From NCBI GenBank assembly GCA_035546615.1, contig DASZWM010000006.1, positions 144,417-208,416 of the forward strand: a stretch of 64,000 nucleotides of DNA, written 5' to 3'. The translations under genes and the position numbers were made by a program. A model generated the notes under the pieces. That model made no database searches and had not been told where the DNA came from. It was given only the letters and a program-made list of their open reading frames with translations. Of the stretch, positions 38,106-45,803 are shown piece by piece. The stretch comes from Minisyncoccota bacterium (lineage in GTDB: Bacteria > Patescibacteriota > Minisyncoccia > Phycocordibacterales > SBAW01). Each line of letters starts with the position of its first letter. Within the stretch, counting starts at the first letter, position 1.

Positions 38106-38331
38106 AAGTATAGTTAGCGCTTGCGGCCACATGTCGAGTTTAGCCGTCGCTAAACTCGCACGCGGTCAGGCGTCGTTTTCTGCTGAAAACGCGCACGACC
38201 CTGGCTCGCGCCGTCGCGCTCCGCCTCTGAATCCTTCAGGTGTTCGGATTCAGCCCGCCTCGCCATTTTGCAAGTGCAAAATATGGCTCCGGCCGTCTCG
38301 CGTTTAATAAAAGCAAAACTGATTGCTTTTA

Positions 38332-38745
38332 TTAGCGCTTCGACCACTGCTTGCGCTTGCGGGCTTTTCTGAGGCCGAACTTGCGGCGCTCTTTAGCGCG
38401 AGGGTCGCGCTTGAGGAAGCCCTCCTTCTTGAGGACGCCGCGCAGGTCGGCCTGATAGTCGACGAGCGCGCGGGAAATAGCATGGCGTACCGCGATAGCC
38501 TGCCCCGCGATGCCGCCGCCGCGGACAACGATGGTAACCGCGAACTGAACCGGCAAATTTACCTTGAGGAACGGCTCCATAGCCGCTATGCGAAGGGCTT
38601 CGGTATCAAAATACTTGTTCGCGTCCATGTTGTTTATGGAAACGATGGTGCGCGGGCCCGGCGTAAGGCGGGCGCGGGCGATAGCCGTCTTGCGGCGGCC
38701 GATGGTCTCTATATAGCGGTCTGTTTCTTTGGGTTTGGTTGCCAT
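38332..38745 (-). CDS. rpsI: 30S ribosomal protein S9
   Basis: GRRKTAIARARL ... C-terminal KRKQWSKR. Confidence 0.9.
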   Translation of the reverse strand: MATKPKETDRYIETIGRRKTAIARARLTPGPRTIVSINNMDANKYFDTEALRIAAMEPFLKVNLPVQFAVTIVVRGGGIAGQAIAVRHAISRALVDYQADLRGVLKKEGFLKRDPRAKERRKFGLRKARKRKQWSKR

Positions 38746-38747
38746 AA

Positions 38748-39089
38748 CTATTTTTGTATCGTAAGCAGCTTGATGCGCTTCGCCTGCAGCTTGTTCTTGG
38801 GGAGCATGCCCAGCACCGCGCGGCGGATGGCTTCTCCATGGCCGCGGCGCGCCGTGAGCATACTATAGTTCTCGAACTTTTGCCCGCCCGGATAGCCGGA
38901 GTAGCGGACGTACTCCTTCTGGAGTTCCTTGGCGCCGGAGATCTTTATCTTGGAAGCGTTCGTGACGGTTACCTCCTCGCCCATGACGGCGTTCTTGGCG
39001 AAGGTCGGCTTGTGCTTGCCGAGCATGACCTTTGCCGCCTCCGAGGCGACACGGCCGAGCGTCTTATTTGTTGCGTCGATGGTAATCAT
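38748..39089 (-). CDS. rplM: 50S ribosomal protein L13 (short form)
   Basis: L13-like sequence, 113 aa. Confidence 0.75.
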   Translation of the reverse strand: MITIDATNKTLGRVASEAAKVMLGKHKPTFAKNAVMGEEVTVTNASKIKISGAKELQKEYVRYSGYPGGQKFENYSMLTARRGHGEAIRRAVLGMLPKNKLQAKRIKLLTIQK

Positions 39090-39122
39090 ATTATGAATTC
39101 ACTTTTTGATTGATCGAGTTTG

Positions 39123-39470
39123 CTACACAAACTCGATTAGCGCCATTGGGGATGCGTCGCCCTTGCGCGGCACCATCTTGACGATGCGGGTGTATCCGCC
39201 CGCGCGTTCCTTGTAATTCTGTGCCGTCTTGATGAGCTTGTTGGCGGTTTTAATGTCGCCGAGCTGCGCCACCAGCAGGCGGCGGCTGGCGACGCTGTCG
39301 GTCTTGCCGCGGGTGAGCATTTTCTCAACGAGCGGGCGGATCTCCTTGGCCTTGGCCTCGGTGGTAGTGATGCGGCCGCGGATGACGAGCGAGCGGGCAA
39401 GGGACTTAAGCAGCGCCTCACGTGGGCCCTTCATGCGTCCGAATTTTCTGTTGTTGTTGCCGTGTCTCAT
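39123..39470 (-). CDS. rplQ: 50S ribosomal protein L17
   Basis: MRHGNNNRKFGR matches the L17 N-terminus. Confidence 0.9.
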   Translation of the reverse strand: MRHGNNNRKFGRMKGPREALLKSLARSLVIRGRITTTEAKAKEIRPLVEKMLTRGKTDSVASRRLLVAQLGDIKTANKLIKTAQNYKERAGGYTRIVKMVPRKGDASPMALIEFV

Positions 39471-39492
39471 GGGTTTAGTACTTCAGGTCGGA

Positions 39493-40452
39493 CTACTTAA
39501 GGATGATACCGAAGTTCGCAAGCGCGCGCTTGACCTCCTGTATAGCTTTCGGGCCCATGCCCTCTATCTCAAGCAGGTCATCCTCCTTCTTGCGGGCGAG
39601 GCCTCCGACAGTGCGGATGTTCGCCTTTTCGAGCGCGGAAATAGTGCGGCTGGAGAGCTCGAGGTCCTCGATGCGGGTCTTCATGACCTCGGCCGAGCTG
39701 TCGGGGCTGAGAGCGGCGTCAGCTGCGGCCGCCTGAGGTGCAGCCTCCGGAGCCTCTTCCTCGCGGAAGCCGACAATGGACTTGAGCTGGGTGATCATTA
39801 TTTCGATGGACTGCTCGAGCGCTGCGCGCGGGGCGACGGTGCCGTCGGTCTCGATGGAGATGCGGAGGCGGTTGAAGTCGGTGCGGTCGCCGACACGCAT
39901 GTTCTCCACCTCGTAGTTCACGCGGCGGATGGGGCTGAAAATAGCATCGACGGAGATCTCCCCTATCTCGACGCGCTCCTTCTTAAGCGCCTCGCGCGGC
40001 ACGTAGCCCAGGCCGCGCTCGATGTGGAACTCCGCCTCTATGGAAGCGTCCTTGGAGGTAAGCTCGCAGATATAGGAATCAGGATTGAGGAGGCGCACCT
40101 GGCCGGGAACCTGGAGGTCCGCGCCGGTCACCTTCTTGGCGCCCTTTGCGGAAAGCGTAACCACCTGCGCCTCGCCGCCGATTATCTCGAAGCGGAGCTT
40201 CTTGAGGTTGAGCAAAAGAGTGACGACATCCTCCTTCACGCCGTCCATGGTGGAGAACTCGTGCTCGACGCCCTCTATCTTAACGGAAGTAACCGCCGCG
40301 CCGGGGAGCGAAGAAAGGATGATGCGGCGCAAGGAATTGCCAAGCGTGTGGCCGTAGCCCGGGTAGAGGCCGTCTATCTCGTAGACGCCGGACTGGTCCT
40401 CCTCGTTAACGACGCGAGGCTTCGACGGCAATGTGATTGAATACTCCATCAT
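39493..40452 (-). CDS. rpoA: DNA-directed RNA polymerase alpha subunit
   Basis: N-terminal dimerisation domain plus C-terminal domain. Sits in the ribosomal cluster. Confidence 0.9.
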   Translation of the reverse strand: MMEYSITLPSKPRVVNEEDQSGVYEIDGLYPGYGHTLGNSLRRIILSSLPGAAVTSVKIEGVEHEFSTMDGVKEDVVTLLLNLKKLRFEIIGGEAQVVTLSAKGAKKVTGADLQVPGQVRLLNPDSYICELTSKDASIEAEFHIERGLGYVPREALKKERVEIGEISVDAIFSPIRRVNYEVENMRVGDRTDFNRLRISIETDGTVAPRAALEQSIEIMITQLKSIVGFREEEAPEAAPQAAAADAALSPDSSAEVMKTRIEDLELSSRTISALEKANIRTVGGLARKKEDDLLEIEGMGPKAIQEVKRALANFGIILK

Positions 40453-40505
40453 AAAATTATTTTTAAAATTAATTCTTTTTAATTGTGTCTCGTAAACTCG
40501 ACGTC

Positions 40506-41120
40506 TTAACGGCTGTAGAACTGGATAACCACTCCGGCGTTGAACGGAAGCTCGGTTTCAGAAAGGGTGGGCTCGGCCTTTACGGTAACGCCAAAGCCGT
40601 CTTCGGACGGGGCGAGCCAGTTCGGAAGCTTCGTTTCGGCGGCGGCCTCGGCGCGGTTCGCGAAAAGCGGGCTCTGGCGGCTCTCCTGGCGCACCGCGAT
40701 GACCTCGCCCGGAGCGACCTTATATGAAGGGATGTTCACGCGGCGGCCGTTCACCGTCACATGGCCGTGGCCCACCAGCTGGCGGGCGGCGCGGCGGGTC
40801 TTTACCAGGCCGGCGCGGAAGACCGTGTTGTCGAGGCGCGCCTCAAGGCGCGAAAGGAGCGCGAGGGATGAATCCTTGCCGTGCTTCTCCATAGCCTCGC
40901 TCGCGTAGCGGTAGAACTGCGACTCGGTGAGCCCGTAGGTAAACCGGGCCTTCTGCTTCTCGAGAAGCTGGGCGCCGTAGTCGGAGCCGCCGCCGCGCTT
41001 GCCGCGGGAAATTTTCCGCGGTGCGCGGGCCTCGGCAAGCTGGTATTTCTGCGTCTGGCACTTCTCGAAGACCGATGCTCCAAGGCGCTTGCAGATCTTA
41101 TATTTTGGTCCAATCAACAT
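40506..41120 (-). CDS. rpsD: 30S ribosomal protein S4
   Basis: GPKYKICKRLG zinc-ribbon-like N-terminus plus S4 domain. Start trimmed to MLIGPK. Confidence 0.85.
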   Translation of the reverse strand: MLIGPKYKICKRLGASVFEKCQTQKYQLAEARAPRKISRGKRGGGSDYGAQLLEKQKARFTYGLTESQFYRYASEAMEKHGKDSSLALLSRLEARLDNTVFRAGLVKTRRAARQLVGHGHVTVNGRRVNIPSYKVAPGEVIAVRQESRQSPLFANRAEAAAETKLPNWLAPSEDGFGVTVKAEPTLSETELPFNAGVVIQFYSR

Positions 41121-41178
41121 AAATTTATTTATGTTCAATTAAAAGAGGCATAGTAAAAAGGGTCATACAAATGATGGA

Positions 41179-41610
41179 TTACACGCGGCGGGGCTTGGGC
41201 GGGCGCGGGCCGTTGTGCGGCACCGGCGTGCGGTCCTGGATGGAAGAAATATGGATACCCTTGCTCGTGAAAGCGCGGATGGAGGACTCGCGGCCGGCTC
41301 CGACGCCCTTCACCACAACCGAAACCTCGCGCAGGCCCATGAGCGCCGCCTTATCGGCCAGGAGCTCCCCTACCTTGGCGGCCGCGAACGGGGTGCCCTT
41401 CTTGGCGCCCGCAAAGCCCAAAGAGCCGCTTGAGGACCACAACACGACGTTGCCGGACGGGTCCGCCACGGAGATCTTGGTGTTGTTATAGGTGGCCTCC
41501 ACCATAAGGATGCCGGTATCGAGCTTGCGCTTGGATGCGCGCGAGGAAGAACCCCGGTTTTCGCCCGACCCCGCCTCACCCCCCTTTTTGACTATTCGTT
41601 TCTTACCCAT
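41179..41610 (-). CDS. rpsK: 30S ribosomal protein S11
   Basis: S11 signature (VVKGVGAGRESSIRA). Confidence 0.9.
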   Translation of the reverse strand: MGKKRIVKKGGEAGSGENRGSSSRASKRKLDTGILMVEATYNNTKISVADPSGNVVLWSSSGSLGFAGAKKGTPFAAAKVGELLADKAALMGLREVSVVVKGVGAGRESSIRAFTSKGIHISSIQDRTPVPHNGPRPPKPRRV

Positions 41611-41639
41611 AGGTATAGTCTGCTAGATTACAATATATT

Positions 41640-42020
41640 TTATGTCTTTTCAACCTTGCGGCGGCCGGAACCCATGGTCTTGCGGACATTGCCGCGGACG
41701 GTGCGGGAGTTGGTCTTGGTGCGCTGGCCGCGAACCGGCAGTTTCTTGCCGTGGCGAAGGCCGCGGTACGCGCCGATATCCTTGAGGCGCTTGATATTGC
41801 CGGCCACTTCGCGCTTGAGGTCGCCCTCGAGCTTGAAGGATTCGACGATGCGGCGGATGTCGTTCTCGTCATCCGGCGTGAGGTCCGCGATCTTCTTCAT
41901 CGGGTCCACCTTCGCGTCTTTGCAAATTTGGGCGGCGCGAGGCTGGCCGATACCGTACAAAGTGGTCAGGCCGTAGACGAGGCGCTTGTTATTGGGAAGT
42001 GTGATGCCGGTTATACGCAT
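41640..42020 (-). CDS. rpsM: 30S ribosomal protein S13
   Basis: MRITGITLP N-terminus. Confidence 0.9.
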   Translation of the reverse strand: MRITGITLPNNKRLVYGLTTLYGIGQPRAAQICKDAKVDPMKKIADLTPDDENDIRRIVESFKLEGDLKREVAGNIKRLKDIGAYRGLRHGKKLPVRGQRTKTNSRTVRGNVRKTMGSGRRKVEKT

Positions 42021-42032
42021 AAAATATCTTCG

Positions 42033-42146
42033 CTAGCCCTGCTTTTGCTTGTGGCGCGGGTTGCTGCAGGTAACGTAAATGCGGCCCTTGCGGCGGACCA
42101 GCTTGCAATTCGCGCAGCGCTTTTTGATGGATGCTTTTATCTTCAT
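42033..42146 (-). CDS. rpmJ: 50S ribosomal protein L36
   Basis: Not in the supplied ORF track. Manual translation gives [37 protein letters not shown] (37 aa). Confidence 0.85.
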   Translation of the reverse strand: MKIKASIKKRCANCKLVRRKGRIYVTCSNPRHKQKQG

Positions 42147-42150
42147 TGCG

Positions 42151-42360
42151 TTACATTCTCCTGGTGATCCTGCCCTTTCCCCCGTAGGGGTCAAGCTTGA
42201 CCGTCACCTTGTCGCCTACCAGGACCTTTATCCGGTGAAGGCGCATTTTGCCGGCCAGGTACGCAAGAATAGTTTCGCCCCCATCAAGGTTGACCTTGAA
42301 GAGGGTGTTTGGGAGCGCTTCTTCGACTACTCCCCCTACTTCCTTATCCGACGTATCCAT
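42151..42360 (-). CDS. infA: Translation initiation factor IF-1
   Basis: S1-like OB fold, 69 aa. Confidence 0.85.
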   Translation of the reverse strand: MDTSDKEVGGVVEEALPNTLFKVNLDGGETILAYLAGKMRLHRIKVLVGDKVTVKLDPYGGKGRITRRM

Positions 42361-42425
42361 TAGCGACAGCGTTTTCTATAGTAACAAGTAGGCCCGCGGA
42401 TGTCAATTTAGCCCTGAGCGGAGCC

Positions 42426-43727
42426 CTACTTTTGGGTGCCGGAAACCACGGTTATCTTGTCCGGATCGGCCGGGAAGCTCCCCTGCCAGAACGGACGGAC
42501 CTTCGCCTCGGCGCGGCTAATGGCCGGCGCGAACGACTCAACTATGGCCTGGAAGGTGTCTTTTTTCTTGCCTACCAGCGCCGCTTTGAGGCCCGCCTGG
42601 TCGTACTGCCATACGAGGGTCGGGCTGCCGCCGAGCGTTATCGTAATATCCGCTCCCGGTTTCGTAGTGGTCGCGGCCGCAAGCGTCAGCTGGGAAACGT
42701 CCGCAAACGCGACCGGTTCGCCGTTGTAGGCGGACACTGAAGCGCGCGCGACAGCGGCGGCGAGCGCATCCACCTTCACTATGGCGCCCGTCATCGTTGC
42801 CGATTGCGCAAGAGTGGCGTTATTGGCGCCCGCGGGCGTCTGCGATGTATTGCTGAAGGTCAGCTGGAGGCTTCCGGGAATGACGACGTAGTCTGCGGGG
42901 ATCTGGGAGGTAAGCGAGGACTGAGCCGCCTGGCTCAAGCCCTGCTTGAGCGTGTCGGTGCCGCGGGCAAGATCGGCAGACGCGACGGACGGCTCCGGCC
43001 CGACATATCCGCCGGAAATCGCCGAGGCCTGGGCATAGAACTTGTCGTAGCGCGGGTCGCTCTTGAAGCCGGGGATAGTGAAGCGCGTCTCGCCGCGATT
43101 GTACGCCTCGCCAGGCGAGTCCGCGTAGACGGTGGCGGTGGCCGAGCCGGGGGTAATAGTGCCGTCTGCGGCCTTCGTGCCGCCCGGTACCACGACGGAA
43201 TCATGAATGCGGTAGATCTTGCCGTCCGGAGCCTCGAAGCGCGTATTGGCGATAAGGCGCTGGACATCGGTTCCCGCGGCATTGTAGATGGTGATGACGC
43301 CGGAGGCGCTGCGCGACACCTGCTTGGTGCCCGAGGCCGTAACGGTGGTGCTTGCCGAGCGCGTAACGGTCATCGTCTCGTAGCCGAGCTCGCCGCCCGC
43401 GGGATGCAGTTTTGCGGTAAGGGTAGCGGGCGGTGTTACCGGTTCCTGCTTCGGATACACGGTAACGGTCGCCCCCGCGAAAAGGGTCGAAAGGAGGAGG
43501 CCGGCCAGAGCGCACACCACGACGACCGCGGCTGCGATTATCACGAACAGGCGGCGGTTGCCCCGCGGGTGGCGGCGTATCATAGCAGGGCGTTCTTGGG
43601 GCATAGGGGTATCGATTTCGTCGTCCATATCCTGCGCGGGCGCGGCGCCGGTTTCGTGCCGGCGGCGCGAGGGAGATACCGGGATGTTTCGGATAGAACG
43701 TCGCTCCGGGGGCACCATGTCGCGCAT
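42426..43727 (-). CDS. Hypothetical membrane-anchored protein (433 aa, single TM, Thr/Ser/Ala-rich ectodomain)
   Basis: Basic cytoplasmic N-terminus, one TM helix, low-complexity extracellular region. Confidence 0.5.
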   Translation of the reverse strand: MRDMVPPERRSIRNIPVSPSRRRHETGAAPAQDMDDEIDTPMPQERPAMIRRHPRGNRRLFVIIAAAVVVVCALAGLLLSTLFAGATVTVYPKQEPVTPPATLTAKLHPAGGELGYETMTVTRSASTTVTASGTKQVSRSASGVITIYNAAGTDVQRLIANTRFEAPDGKIYRIHDSVVVPGGTKAADGTITPGSATATVYADSPGEAYNRGETRFTIPGFKSDPRYDKFYAQASAISGGYVGPEPSVASADLARGTDTLKQGLSQAAQSSLTSQIPADYVVIPGSLQLTFSNTSQTPAGANNATLAQSATMTGAIVKVDALAAAVARASVSAYNGEPVAFADVSQLTLAAATTTKPGADITITLGGSPTLVWQYDQAGLKAALVGKKKDTFQAIVESFAPAISRAEAKVRPFWQGSFPADPDKITVVSGTQK

Positions 43728-43773
43728 ACGTATAAGTAATTATACCGTAAATTTTTTGCCCGCCTAGGGCTTA

Positions 43774-44748
43774 TCAGGCGTAGCGTGACTTATCCACAAA
43801 AAGGGCCTCCAGCATAAGGGGCAAGTCAGGCCGCGCCCCGTGCCCGCCCATGAACGGCTGCGCGTGCCCAGTACGCACCGCGCGCACGCTGGCCCCGTCC
43901 TGAAAGAGTTCCGAAAGCGAGTCGTTGTCGCCGAGCGCGCGGGCGAACCACGTCTCGGAAAGCTGGGGCGCCAAAACGAATACGCTCTGCGCCGGAGCGA
44001 CCCTGAGAAGCGGCTTGGCGACATCCGCGAACTCTTCCGCAAAATGGGCGGCCGCGTGGCGCAGCGGCTCCGGGGCCGGATGGCCACTGGCCCCGCGGCC
44101 TTCAAGGCTCAGATACGAGCGGGCCTCCTCCGGGCTCATGCCGCCGTGGGATATGAGCGTCCGCAGCAGCGTGTGGAGGCCCAGCGGCAGGGTCGCGCGG
44201 GCCTTCAGGGAGTTGTCGGCGACAAGCAGGAGCTCTGTCGCCTCCCCGCTCACGATGCATATAAGCGCCGGCCCTTCATCGGGAAAAAACGACAGCGCTC
44301 CGTGCAAGGCGGCGGCGCCGTATGGGTGCAGGCTCAGCTTCTGCTCGCCCAAAGTCGCCCGCGCCGCCGAGCGCAGCGTATCGCGCATATGCGGCATGAA
44401 GGTCGGGGTTCCCGCAAGTTCTATAGAGGCCCACGGGACGGAAAAGAACCCGGCAATATGGGCTACCTCGCCCTCGGTGCCGAGCGTTTCGTGCAGGCGC
44501 ATGCGGGACGAAACCTCGCTTATGTGCGCGAGAGCTTCCTCAAGCGCCTTTTCCGTCTGGCGCGCCAGCAGCGCCGGATTATGGGTGCGCGACAGCGGCA
44601 AGAGGACGCGCTTTTCGGCGAACAGGCGCGGCGCCTCGCCGGGTGCAAGGCGCACGAGCGCCGCGGCAACGCTGCCGTTCTCGATATCGGCTATCGCGAC
44701 GGTCTTGCCTGCGCGTTTTTTCTTCCCGAACATAAAATAAGTATACAC
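43774..44748 (-). CDS. Hypothetical protein (324 aa); possible actin-like ATPase fold (FtsA/PilM-like)
   Basis: N-terminal VAIADIENGSVAAALV resembles the phosphate-1 motif of actin-like ATPases. Low confidence. Confidence 0.4.
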   Translation of the reverse strand: MYTYFMFGKKKRAGKTVAIADIENGSVAAALVRLAPGEAPRLFAEKRVLLPLSRTHNPALLARQTEKALEEALAHISEVSSRMRLHETLGTEGEVAHIAGFFSVPWASIELAGTPTFMPHMRDTLRSAARATLGEQKLSLHPYGAAALHGALSFFPDEGPALICIVSGEATELLLVADNSLKARATLPLGLHTLLRTLISHGGMSPEEARSYLSLEGRGASGHPAPEPLRHAAAHFAEEFADVAKPLLRVAPAQSVFVLAPQLSETWFARALGDNDSLSELFQDGASVRAVRTGHAQPFMGGHGARPDLPLMLEALFVDKSRYA

Positions 44749-44879
44749 CCTGTCGGCGCGCGCGTTTTTTATAGTATGAAAAGCAAAAGGGCACCTGACG
44801 GTGGGTATTGCAGAATCATTTCTGATCGCGCGTGCACCACCAGGTGCCCGGATAGGTTACGGAATATCAGCCGTTTCGA

Positions 44880-45290
44880 CTACGTCGCCTGCTTCCTGTC
44901 CCGGCTGAGCCGGTCAAAGAAGACGCTCCCATCCTCGACGAAATTCGCGAGGAAGACGATCAGCGCGATAACGAACGCGCTGACGAAGGGATTGGTAAGC
45001 CCGTTTCCGACCGTGAGGTCGACCATGCCGGCGTAGAGGCCAAGCAGGAGGATCTCGGCATAGGTGACCAGCCGAAGCGCGATTCCGCCGACGGATGTTG
45101 CAGCCTGCGAGTTACCCCGCACGACCCTGACACCCAGAACGACGAGACCGGCGACGATGAGCACCAGACCGATACCGAATTGGACCGACCATTCCTGATA
45201 GCCCGGAATCGCCCGACCCAGAGGGTAGAACGAGAGGGCGATGAGGAGAGCGGCGACGTTGTAAAATACGAGCTTGCCTTGGTTTGGCAT
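44880..45290 (-). CDS. Hypothetical membrane protein (136 aa, 4 TM)
   Basis: Start trimmed to MPNQGK (GGAAAGG Shine-Dalgarno upstream). Promoter/operator dyad upstream. Confidence 0.5.
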   Translation of the reverse strand: MPNQGKLVFYNVAALLIALSFYPLGRAIPGYQEWSVQFGIGLVLIVAGLVVLGVRVVRGNSQAATSVGGIALRLVTYAEILLLGLYAGMVDLTVGNGLTNPFVSAFVIALIVFLANFVEDGSVFFDRLSRDRKQAT

Positions 45291-45431
45291 TTTCGTAAAA
45301 CCTTTCCTTACCAGAGTTACGTTACTTGGAACGAACAAACAACCGTTCCATATACTATTATATCATATATGCCTGTCTGATGTCAAGAACCTAAAAAAAG
45401 AGCTGTGCAGCTAGTTACCGTAGCGTAGCGC

Positions 45432-45472
45432 AAAAAAGAAAGCGTCCGGCAATGGATTGCCGGACGCTTTGG
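45432..45472 (-). terminator. Rho-independent terminator (15-bp stem)
   Basis: AAAGCGTCCGGCAAT-gg-ATTGCCGGACGCTTT followed by TTTTTT on the minus strand. Confidence 0.8.
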
Positions 45473-45475
45473 TAC

Positions 45476-45742
45476 TTAGGCTTTCTTCTTCTGTTTTTCT
45501 TCGAGTTTCCTCAAGATGTGCTCGACGAGGTGATCCGGTTGCTGTCTTGCTGTCGCCGCAACCGCTTTTGCCCATGCCGCAACGGGCTTATCTTTCCGGG
45601 TTTTTCTTTGCGCCGCGGCACGTTTTGCCATCTCCATGAAACGCTCAAGGGTAGCCTGGGGGTCCTGGACACCGCCGCTTCCCGACGTCATCATGTCGAA
45701 CTCATACGGGCCTATCGGCCCCAGACAGTCGCCATAGCGCAT
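45476..45742 (-). CDS. Hypothetical small basic protein (88 aa)
   Basis: GGGAGA Shine-Dalgarno before the MRYGD start. Lys-rich C-terminus. Confidence 0.45.
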   Translation of the reverse strand: MRYGDCLGPIGPYEFDMMTSGSGGVQDPQATLERFMEMAKRAAAQRKTRKDKPVAAWAKAVAATARQQPDHLVEHILRKLEEKQKKKA

Positions 45743-45803
45743 ACATCTTCTCCCGGGCAATGTGAGGGTTCAGTCCTTCTGCAACGGTAACAGAAACAGC
45801 CGC

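Noticed and set aside
38160-38200. CIRCE (HrcA) element upstream of grpE-dnaK
   Set aside because: The dyad is GAGTTTAGC-N4-GCTAAACTC, not TTAGCACTC-N9-GAGTGCTAA. No hrcA gene is in the window.
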